Source of the DNA: an uncultured Bacilli bacterium
GTDB lineage: Bacteria > Bacillota_I > Bacilli_A > RF39 > UBA660
Reading direction: 5' to 3'
Length of the DNA stretch: 64,000 nt
Assembly: GCA_934119965.1 (NCBI GenBank)
Contig: CAKOTA010000002.1
Coordinates: 37,988 to 101,987, forward strand
The notes under the pieces were generated by a model. That model was not told the DNA's origin. It saw nothing but the letters and a program-made list of their open reading frames with translations, and did not search any database. Position 1 is the stretch's first letter. Each line of letters starts with the position of its first letter. A program made the position numbers and the translations under genes. This document shows, one piece after another, positions 1-7,551 of the stretch.

Positions 1-856
1 CAATTTCAAGTAATGTTTGACTTGCATTTTGGATATCTTTAGAATTCTCTACTACTTCAGCCGGAAGTTTATCTTCATATGTTAAGTTATCTTCTGATAG
101 TCCTACAATAGCATTTAAAGGTGTCCTTATTTCATGACTCATACTTGATAAAAAGTCTGATTTTGCTCTATTTGCTTTTTCAGCTTGATTTTTTGCTAAT
201 TCAAGTTGAGCAACCATCTTAACATCTGGATTTTCTATTGTAAAATACATAATAATGACAATTAATGAATATACATATCCTATCAAAAACAACTCTGGAT
301 AAAAAATGCTTAAAGCTATATCTAATCCACCTAATAACATAAGTGAATATACTGGCGTAAACTTTGAATTTACAATTTTCTTTCTATATTTTAAGCAGTA
401 ATATAAATCTACAATTGTAAAAATAAAACACATTATATATGTAAAGTATATAGAAGGTCCAACAGGAAGAACTCCTCTATTTGAAACATCATAAGAAATA
501 GGTAAAATTAATATTAATGAAAATACACATGCCAATAAAAACACAAAAATATTTTTTACATGTTTTTTTGAATTACATATATTTATCATATATATTACAA
601 ATAAACCACTCCACACTACATAATATGATGATGTAAGTTTAGAAACTAATTTATAAAATATACTATTCAAATTAGCCCCATTGTTAAACCATACACAGGT
701 TATTATTTCTAAAGATAAACCAATAATTGTTACAATTAACATTAATCCATAAACTTTTGTTTCTGAATTATCGATTCTTTGTTTAGAAAAGAACATATAA
801 GATAGAATTAAAATTATTATCAATGAACTAATTGAAAAGTAAGCACCTACAGACAT
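1..856 (-). CDS. sensor histidine kinase, N-terminal portion (multi-TM sensor + HisKA); continues past window start
   Basis: Hand translation of minus strand: ATG 854-856 behind GGAGG. About 200 aa of hydrophobic TM segments, then ...[35 protein letters not shown] (H-box codons at 121-143). Not in the ORF track because it is open at the window edge. Confidence 0.8.
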   Translation of the reverse strand, partial: MSVGAYFSISSLIIILILSYMFFSKQRIDNSETKVYGLMLIVTIIGLSLEIITCVWFNNGANLNSIFYKLVSKLTSSYYVVWSGLFVIYMINICNSKKHVKNIFVFLLACVFSLILILPISYDVSNRGVLPVGPSIYFTYIMCFIFTIVDLYYCLKYRKKIVNSKFTPVYSLMLLGGLDIALSIFYPELFLIGYVYSLIVIIMYFTIENPDVKMVAQLELAKNQAEKANRAKSDFLSSMSHEIRTPLNAIVGLSEDNLTYEDKLPAEVVENSKDIQNASQTLLEI

Positions 857-980
857 TTTTTAAGCCTCCTCTATTTATACCATTATATCACAAATTCGAC
901 AATTTTCTTGTTTTTTATTGACATAAAAATACATATAATAAAAAAAACAAATTATTATTGCAAATTTGATTTTTTAAATA

Positions 981-2702
981 CTAAATTTTTTTTAATCTTA
1001 ATGTTTTTGCATTTTGATTATTAATTTTTCCTTCTTTCAAATACTCTTCATCAAGAGTGCGGTAAAACGAAATGTTAATTTTTGAATTTGCCATTCTTTC
1101 TAGAGGTTTATCATAATATTCAATTGAACCAGGTAACCAATTTTCACTTAATTGGGTTGTAACAAGTGATGATAATCTATTTTCAAAGTCTTTATAATCT
1201 ATATTCTTATCATATAATGATATATGGTATCTTGGAATAAATTGTACCATCTCGTCTGGTATAGGTGTAACTACGACTTCTCTAACTTCAGGCAATTTCA
1301 ATAGCAAATTTTCTATTTCTTCTGGATAGATATTTTCTATTCCTGATACAAAATTACGTTTTTGCCTACCAATATATTTATACTCACCATTATCTAATTG
1401 TTGAACGATATCACCAATATTAATCCACTTTTTTCCATTTTCATCAATAGATATTACTTTTTTTGTTTCTTCTGGATTATTGTGATAACCAAGCATTACA
1501 GATGGACCTGAAACATATAATAATCCCTTTTCGCCTTTTTTTACTTCCAATCCATTATTTGGATCAATTATTTTTATATCTAATGTAGAAATTGGTTCAC
1601 CAATAGTACCAGATGTATGTATTTTACCATTATTAATCATCATTGATGCCCAAGTTTCTGTTGCACCTAAACCATCACCTAAAATTGCATCACTACCACA
1701 AAACTTTAATGCTTCATTTATTGCTTTATCCGTAGTTTCTTTTTTAGCTTCACCACCTGATGTTGCATAATGCAATTCACTTAATGAACCTTTTTTCAAT
1801 TTACTATTTGGCACAAATTCATCACCATGTTGTTCAATTAAAGATACCCAATGTGGAGGTCCCCCAACAGCAGCAGTTGCATGAGTTCTAACTATTTCAT
1901 CATAAAAATCACTTGGTAAAGCTTTTAGTGTAAGAGCTAATTCCATATTGTTACACAAAGCATAATGCATTATCATTCTACCATAAGCCATGTGTCCAAT
2001 TGGTATATTCCCTAAATGCACCATTCCTGCTTCTGCAGGAAAAATAGAATTCATACCTTCAACAACATAATTTAAGCCACTTCCAGACAAATCTACACCT
2101 TTATGGATTCCTGTTGAACCACCAGTAAATAATATATCTGTCAATTTATTTTCTTCAAAATTAGCCCTTATGTAATCAACAGAACTATAATCTTTTTTTA
2201 TAAGATTTTTTAAATTATTATCTTTTGATAATTTAAAATTTCCTTTTGTTAACTGTAATAATTTATAACCTAATTTAATTTTAAAATCATTTACAGATTC
2301 TAATGGTGAATATAATATTGTGGAAAAATTTAAAGCTTTTTCTGCATCTTTAAAATTGCTATAACACATATCTACAGAAATTATCATTTTTGGTTTAACA
2401 AGTTCTATATCTTTTTTAACTTTTTCTGCATTGTCTAAAGGACTATATCCTACAGTAATAGCTCCTATAACATCAAGTGCATATAACAAATATACTGACT
2501 CTGGTGTATTTAATGCAATAACCCCAATCAAATCACCTTCTCTAACACCTTTTGCATAAAGTAATCTAACATATTTTTCAATTTGTTCATGCATTTCCTC
2601 ATAAGTAATCTTTTTATTGTCAAAAGATAATGCGGTTAAATCCATATATTTTTTATTACATTCAAGCATATACTCATATTTTGTTTTATCCATATTTTTC
2701 AT
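981..2702 (-). CDS. AMP-dependent synthetase/ligase (acyl-CoA ligase-like adenylate-forming enzyme)
   Basis: Motifs FTGGSTGIHKGV (P-loop-like core), GYHNNPEETKK, GDIVQQLDNGEYKYIGRQKRNF. Start moved to ATG 2702 (MKNMDK...), which sits behind GGGGAG; the track ORF has 18 extra codons. Confidence 0.85.
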   Translation of the reverse strand: MKNMDKTKYEYMLECNKKYMDLTALSFDNKKITYEEMHEQIEKYVRLLYAKGVREGDLIGVIALNTPESVYLLYALDVIGAITVGYSPLDNAEKVKKDIELVKPKMIISVDMCYSNFKDAEKALNFSTILYSPLESVNDFKIKLGYKLLQLTKGNFKLSKDNNLKNLIKKDYSSVDYIRANFEENKLTDILFTGGSTGIHKGVDLSGSGLNYVVEGMNSIFPAEAGMVHLGNIPIGHMAYGRMIMHYALCNNMELALTLKALPSDFYDEIVRTHATAAVGGPPHWVSLIEQHGDEFVPNSKLKKGSLSELHYATSGGEAKKETTDKAINEALKFCGSDAILGDGLGATETWASMMINNGKIHTSGTIGEPISTLDIKIIDPNNGLEVKKGEKGLLYVSGPSVMLGYHNNPEETKKVISIDENGKKWINIGDIVQQLDNGEYKYIGRQKRNFVSGIENIYPEEIENLLLKLPEVREVVVTPIPDEMVQFIPRYHISLYDKNIDYKDFENRLSSLVTTQLSENWLPGSIEYYDKPLERMANSKINISFYRTLDEEYLKEGKINNQNAKTLRLKKI

Positions 2703-2727
2703 AATTACTCCCCTTAAATTACTGGTT

Positions 2728-2756
2728 ATTTTAGCATATAAAATTGTACTTGTCAA
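2728..2756 (-). promoter_or_regulatory. sigma-A type promoter for the AMP-ligase gene
   Basis: Minus strand reads TTGACA (2751-2756), 17-nt spacer, TAAAAT (2728-2733), about 25 nt upstream of the start codon. Confidence 0.5.
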
Positions 2757-2940
2757 TTTGCAAAAAAAAAGGAAAAATACTGGTATACTTTTATTACATT
2801 AATTTTTTATTTTTATGTTTTAGATAATCCGCTAAATTTTCTTTCGAATCTTCCAGATAAATCTTTCCTCATCATAAAATTTCATCTACGATTTATAAAT
2901 GTATAAATATATGATTTTCTTTATCATAAGACAACCATCA

Positions 2941-3172
2941 TTATTTATTTAAATTAGAAAAAGATACTGCTTTTTCATAATTCATTGCATTTATTAATAT
3001 CATTTCCATAACAGAAAAATCTAAATTTGATGGAATTAAATCGATATTTTCTTCATATTTAATATAGCATTCTTACCCATTTTTGATAATGCTACTCCTA
3101 AACTAAATGTTGTGGTAGTTTTTCCCACTCCACCTTTTTGATTAGCAACTGCTAAAACCTTGCAATCATCAT
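2941..3172 (-). pseudogene. ParA/Soj-type partition ATPase remnant (frameshifted, internally deleted)
   Basis: Minus strand: SD GGAGG then ATGATG (3167-3172) one nt out of frame with ...[32 protein letters not shown], followed by a stop. A different frame resumes EENIDLIPSNLDFSVMEMILINAMNYEKAVSFSNLNK*. Only about 75 of roughly 250 expected residues remain. Confidence 0.65.
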
Positions 3173-3367
3173 ATTTCCTCCTTTCTAATCTGCCATGTTA
3201 TCTCTACATGACAAAGTAAACACACATAAAAAGAACTTTTATTTGAAAAGTCCTTATTTTATCTACCTTGTTAATATGTATCGTTGGTGTCCAGGATCAA
3301 GATAGATTATTTTACCTAATAATGAAAAATTGTTATTAGCATTTACAAATTCAAAACAATATAAATA

Positions 3368-3463
3368 AAAATAAAACACATATTTTATATTTACGCATTT
3401 TCTCACCTAATAAAATATATGTTTTATTTAATCTAACATCATTTTTTTAGAAATATTATTATT
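3368..3463 (-). repeat. copy 1 of a duplicated ~81-nt hairpin/terminator module (partner at 7471-7551)
   Basis: Matches 7471-7551 at 79/81 aligned positions, plus a 15-nt insertion (3388-3402) in this copy. Contains the inverted repeat AAAACACATATTTTA...TAAAATATATGTTTT. Confidence 0.8.
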
Positions 3464-3616
3464 TAAAGATAATGAAAGAAGATCATTTGAATATACAATA
3501 AATCTATTAATTTCTTTAAAATTTTTGTATTTTTGAATTTGTACTAATAATATTTATTAAAGTTGTTAATAATATAAATAAGATGTTCCATTAACAAATG
3601 TACAAAAGACAATCTT

Positions 3617-3640
3617 TTAACACTTATATAAAATATTTTT
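3617..3640 (+). promoter_or_regulatory. 24-nt conserved element overlapping the likely promoter of the XRE gene (copy 1)
   Basis: TTAACACTTATATAAAATATTTTT is 23/24 identical to 7278-7301. It includes a TAAAAT -10-like hexamer (3629-3634) and the palindrome AAAATATTTT. Confidence 0.45.
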
Positions 3641-3661
3641 ATGGAAGTGAGGTAAGATAAA

Positions 3662-3949
3662 ATGAAAAGTAGTAAAGAAATACTTTCTATGAATTTAAAA
3701 TATTATCGTCAAAAGTATAACTTATCTCAAGAAAAATTCGCTGAAGTAGTTGGCAGTAATTTAGTCTTTATAAATCAAATAGAAAATCTAAAAAGAAAAC
3801 CCACCATTGAAATGCTAGATAAAATCGCTAATAATTTAAACAAATATGATAAAAATCTTAATATCTCTTCATCTGATTTAATAAAATTTGATATAACACA
3901 TATGACAAATTATAATAGAATTGATGAAAGAAAAAAAAGAACATATTAA
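3662..3949 (+). CDS. XRE-family helix-turn-helix transcriptional regulator
   Basis: LKYYRQKYNLSQEKFAEVVGSNLVFINQIENLKRKPTIEMLDKIANNL is a typical HTH_3 pattern. SD GTGAGG lies upstream. Convergent with the DUF2207 gene. Confidence 0.8.
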   Translation: MKSSKEILSMNLKYYRQKYNLSQEKFAEVVGSNLVFINQIENLKRKPTIEMLDKIANNLNKYDKNLNISSSDLIKFDITHMTNYNRIDERKKRTY

Positions 3950-4003
3950 ATATTTAAAAAACATCTCTTCAATAATGAGATGTTTTTTTACAATTTTCAA
4001 AGG

Positions 4004-6007
4004 TTACCAAGAACCTCCGCCTCCGCCTCCGGAACCTCCACCAGATGATCCTCCTCCAGAAGAAGTTCCACTAGAACTACTGGATGGACTTGATGACATA
4101 GCACTTGATGCTGATGACATAGTTGAATTTATAAAACTACAAAATGATGTAGTACTAAATGAAGAATATCCATCATACCAATTTGGTGCCTGTAATGAAA
4201 TGGTTTCAAATTTTTTGATCCATTTATCAGATACATCTAATACATAAGTAAAAGGTAATATGTCATAAAAATAGGTCGGATTTTCCATTACCATTGCTTC
4301 TAACTTTTGTTTTTCTGCTGTTTCTAGAAATCTTTTAAATCCTTTTATTTTTCCTAATATTTCATTACCATACTTCGTTCTTTTTGGCATTATTTTAAAC
4401 AATAAAATCATTCCAATAATACATATAATTCCAAATATAATTCCAATAAGATAATGATAATCATCTTTTATGGCAATTGTAATTGGTAGCGTTGAAAAAA
4501 ACAAAAATGAATGAATTAAGGTAAATCCTAGCCAAATAATTCTAAAAGCTATAGTGTTTTTACCAAATATTCCAACAGCAAAGAATATTGCATAAAACGC
4601 ACATAGAAATAATGTCACTGCTAATTCAACAATTCCGGCATATTCTAATGTTGGAACTGAAATTATTGTGATTAAAGTTGCAATAATAAATAATATTACA
4701 GAAACTGATTTCATCTCTGTATTTTTTTCAAATATGAAATGTTTATTCTTTTTGTTATTAATATTCGATTTTATTTCATCCATAGTGGTATAAAAACTAT
4801 TATGCAAATCATCTTTTGTAACAGATTGTTTCTCTACTACATCGGTAGATAATTCTATAGCTTTTAAATAACTCATTTTTTCACCATTTTCTTTTGATTG
4901 GTGCATTATTTCTTTTACTTTTGATAAATCAACAGAACTAGTATTCTTGAATAATCCTGTTAAGAATAGTTTTTCATTTGCATTAGAACCATCGTAATCT
5001 TTTAATTTTGTTATTATAAAACTTTTACTAGTAGAGAACAATGTTTTATCTTCAGTCTCGGTTATTTTTATATAACCTTTATTAGCCAAATATATTAGCA
5101 ATGAAATTACATCTTTATTACCTGCTTTTCCTTTATATAAAAAACCAATTTCTAAACTATTAAATCCTTGAGGTGGATAAAACTCTACAGTTTCTATTAC
5201 TTGCTCATCTTTACCATATTTTTTCCAAAATATAAATGATATTACCAATCCTATTATTGGTACTATAAACATTAAATAATATGGTGAAAAGATATTATTA
5301 CCTGTATTTACAAAATACCCTTCAGGTAATTCTAATCTAACGGTTAATGCTTCTCCTGAATTAAGCGTACCATTATATTTTCCACTTATAACATTACCAT
5401 CAACAATATATGTAATTTTTGATGAGTCAGTGGAACCAATATATCCACTAGAAAATCCAAGTTTTGATGAATCAAAATTTTTTGGCATTGTAATAGTGAA
5501 TGTTATATTACTAATACTAGTATCCCACTCATCCCCAATTAGATTAAAATATAATTCATCATATTCTTTTCCGGTATCTCGTCCTAAATTATAAAGATAA
5601 CTAATTTCATAATTGTTTTGACCCGTTAAAGTGTAGTTGGCATCGCCAATTTTAATTATTTTATATTCACTATTTGTTGATACAGAATAACTATCACTTA
5701 CTTTTATTTCACTGATTTTAGCACGATTTTTTGATATTGTGCCATCTAGTCTTGTTATTTTATTTTTCAATGGTATTTTTCTGAATATACCATGTTTTTC
5801 AACATTAAAATATGCACTAATTTTTTCAGTTATATTTAAAGTATTATTTTCATTAACAATTATATTTATGTCATAACCATTTAAAGTATATTCTAAATTA
5901 CTATTACTGTTTGAATAATTTTCTGCGTTTATTATATTAGGGTATAAAAACAAGTTGATTAGAAGAAATACAATGATTATAGATAATTTTTTCACAGTTT
6001 TTGTCAT
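4004..6007 (-). CDS. DUF2207-type polytopic membrane protein with C-terminal Gly/Ser-rich tail
   Basis: Signal peptide MTKTVKKLSIIIVFLLINLFLYPNIINA, extracytoplasmic N-domain, TM, segment FYPPQGFNSLEIGFLYKGKAGNKDVISLLIYLANKGYI, 4-5 TM bundle, ...RTKYGNEILGKIKGFKRFLETAEK..., and tail SGTSSGGGSSGGGSGGGGGGSW. SD AGGAG. Confidence 0.8.
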   Translation of the reverse strand: MTKTVKKLSIIIVFLLINLFLYPNIINAENYSNSNSNLEYTLNGYDINIIVNENNTLNITEKISAYFNVEKHGIFRKIPLKNKITRLDGTISKNRAKISEIKVSDSYSVSTNSEYKIIKIGDANYTLTGQNNYEISYLYNLGRDTGKEYDELYFNLIGDEWDTSISNITFTITMPKNFDSSKLGFSSGYIGSTDSSKITYIVDGNVISGKYNGTLNSGEALTVRLELPEGYFVNTGNNIFSPYYLMFIVPIIGLVISFIFWKKYGKDEQVIETVEFYPPQGFNSLEIGFLYKGKAGNKDVISLLIYLANKGYIKITETEDKTLFSTSKSFIITKLKDYDGSNANEKLFLTGLFKNTSSVDLSKVKEIMHQSKENGEKMSYLKAIELSTDVVEKQSVTKDDLHNSFYTTMDEIKSNINNKKNKHFIFEKNTEMKSVSVILFIIATLITIISVPTLEYAGIVELAVTLFLCAFYAIFFAVGIFGKNTIAFRIIWLGFTLIHSFLFFSTLPITIAIKDDYHYLIGIIFGIICIIGMILLFKIMPKRTKYGNEILGKIKGFKRFLETAEKQKLEAMVMENPTYFYDILPFTYVLDVSDKWIKKFETISLQAPNWYDGYSSFSTTSFCSFINSTMSSASSAMSSSPSSSSSGTSSGGGSSGGGSGGGGGGSW

Positions 6008-6022
6008 TATTATTCTCCTATA

Positions 6023-6571
6023 TTATAAATTTACTTTAACATTTTCTCTTTCAATTTCACTTACTTCAAACATTTTTTGTTCTCTAAATCCTAACATTCT
6101 AGCAACAATATTACTTGGAAACATTTGAACTTTATCATTAAAAATTCTAACCGCACCATTGTAATATTTTCTAGAATTAGCAATGTCATCTTCAACTTTT
6201 GTTAATTGTTGACTTAAATCCTTAAAGTTTTCATTAGCTTTAAGATCTGGATATGCCTCAGTAACAACCATTAATTTATTAATTTCTTGAGATAATTTAT
6301 TATTTACATCAACTTTTTCATTAGTCGACATATTATCATAAGTATTATTTCTTAATTCAATTATTTCTTTTAATGTCGATTTTTCATGTTTTGCATAACC
6401 TTTTACAGTTTCAACAATATTAGGTATTAAATCCCATCTTTTCTTTAAATAGACATCCATTGTTGAAAATGCCTCTTTAACTGTATTATTTAATTTTACA
6501 AAGCTATTGTAAGTTACTCCAAAATATATTAAGACTAAAACTATAATAGCTATGATTATATAAATACACAT
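6023..6571 (-). CDS. lemA: LemA family protein
   Basis: N-terminal TM, then YNSFVKLNNTVKEAFSTMDVYLKKRWDLIPNIVETVKGYAKHEKSTLKEIIELRN and ...YYNGAVRIFNDKVQMFPSNIVA (LemA hallmarks). SD AGGAGG. Confidence 0.9.
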   Translation of the reverse strand: MCIYIIIAIIVLVLIYFGVTYNSFVKLNNTVKEAFSTMDVYLKKRWDLIPNIVETVKGYAKHEKSTLKEIIELRNNTYDNMSTNEKVDVNNKLSQEINKLMVVTEAYPDLKANENFKDLSQQLTKVEDDIANSRKYYNGAVRIFNDKVQMFPSNIVARMLGFREQKMFEVSEIERENVKVNL

Positions 6572-6583
6572 ATTTTTGCCTCC

Positions 6584-7165
6584 TTATATATTTGTATTTA
6601 TATTATTATTTTGACTATTTGAATTATTTACATCAACATTTGAATTTTGGTGATTAAAATTATTCATTTGTGATTGAACATCAATATTGTTATATAATCC
6701 ATTTGGTTGTTCCACTGCTTGATCTTCAATCATTCTTTGATTTTTTCCGTTTTTTATACTAAAAATCACAACAATTATACCTACTAAAGTAAATATGAAA
6801 CCAACTATAGGTAAAATAATGTTAGAACTATCTGATGTCCAAATGGCATCTTGTGGATTATCCGGATTATATTTTACTGAAACCTCTGTTCCGATACTTT
6901 TTGGCATGTTTGAATATGAATTTGAAACTTTTTGATAAGTTCTTCCATCAACTACATATTCAACAACAATAGCTTGCAATCCATCATCATCATATCTATA
7001 ATCGACTACTTTTGAAGTGGTTTCAACAAAAGTTTCATTCTTCTTATTATAACTTTTAATAGATGAAACAGCAAAACATAAAAGCGCAATACCAACAATA
7101 GCGAAAATCAATCCAAATAAAACTCCTTGCCAAGGTTTCATCGGCTTTTGAACACTTTTATACAT
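6584..7165 (-). CDS. DUF3592-like two-TM membrane protein with Asn-rich C-terminal tail
   Basis: TM, then beta-rich segment (VVDYRYDDDGLQAIVVEYVVDGRTYQKV...GTEVSVKYNPDNPQDA), then TM: the DUF3592 pattern. The tail is NFNHQNSNVDVNNSNSQNNNINTNI. SD GGAGAGGAGG. Confidence 0.65.
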   Translation of the reverse strand: MYKSVQKPMKPWQGVLFGLIFAIVGIALLCFAVSSIKSYNKKNETFVETTSKVVDYRYDDDGLQAIVVEYVVDGRTYQKVSNSYSNMPKSIGTEVSVKYNPDNPQDAIWTSDSSNIILPIVGFIFTLVGIIVVIFSIKNGKNQRMIEDQAVEQPNGLYNNIDVQSQMNNFNHQNSNVDVNNSNSQNNNINTNI

Positions 7166-7252
7166 ATGACACCTCCTCTCCTAGAAAATAAGGATACTTC
7201 TTACAACTAATGAAATAATATTAGAAAGTTAAAGTTGCATCCTATCATAATG

Positions 7253-7281
7253 ATTATAACACATAATTTCATTTTATTTAA
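7253..7281 (-). promoter_or_regulatory. candidate extended -10 promoter of the DUF3592-LemA-DUF2207 operon
   Basis: Minus strand reads TGTTATAAT (TGnTATAAT; 7253-7261) with a weak -35 TTAAAT 17 nt upstream (7276-7281), about 90 nt upstream of the start at 7165. Confidence 0.4.
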
Positions 7282-7301
7282 CACTTGTATAAAATATTTT
7301 T
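7278..7301 (+). promoter_or_regulatory. 24-nt conserved element (copy 2) in the upstream region of the DUF3592-LemA-DUF2207 operon
   Basis: TTAACACTTGTATAAAATATTTTT is 23/24 identical to 3617-3640 in the same orientation. It overlaps the -35 position of the candidate minus-strand promoter. Confidence 0.45.
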
Positions 7302-7382
7302 GATATTTTTACACAATTATGTCAAAATATTCATCCTTATTTCTAAAATATTTATTATCTTCATATTCTTTTTAAGAGTTAT

Positions 7383-7413
7383 AAAAAAACTTAACATATT
7401 TTTCTGTTAAGTT
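7383..7413 (-). terminator. rho-independent terminator downstream of the Ig-like lipoprotein gene
   Basis: 9-bp stem AACTTAACA/TGTTAAGTT (7388-7396, 7405-7413) followed by a T-run on the minus strand. Confidence 0.6.
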
Positions 7414-7470
7414 AATAAACAATTCCAATTCCTAAACTTGATATGCATTCATTTTTATTATGTAATGTTA

Positions 7471-7551
7471 AAAATAAAACACATATTTTATCACCTAATA
7501 AAATATATGTTTTATTTAATCTAATATCATTTTTTTAGAAGTATTATTATT
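7471..7551 (-). repeat. copy 2 of the duplicated hairpin/terminator module (partner 3368-3463); overlaps stop codon of gene 7547-8461
   Basis: See copy 1. On the minus strand the hairpin AAAACATATATTTTATTAGGTGATAAAATATGTGTTTT is followed by a T-rich tract. Confidence 0.8.

Noticed and set aside
2757-2940. Short ORFs just below the ParA remnant (for example MKFYDEERFIWKIRKKI), considered as a possible ParB/ParG remnant
   Set aside because: They are 20 aa or shorter, have no recognisable motif, and cannot be distinguished from random AT-rich sequence.
3921-4247. 108-aa plus-strand ORF with a PPPPPEPPPDDPPPEE stretch overlapping the end of the DUF2207 gene
   Set aside because: It is the antisense reading of the Gly/Ser-tail codons (GGAGG repeats) of the minus-strand gene. 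It has no SD, and its start lies inside the XRE gene. It is a composition artefact.
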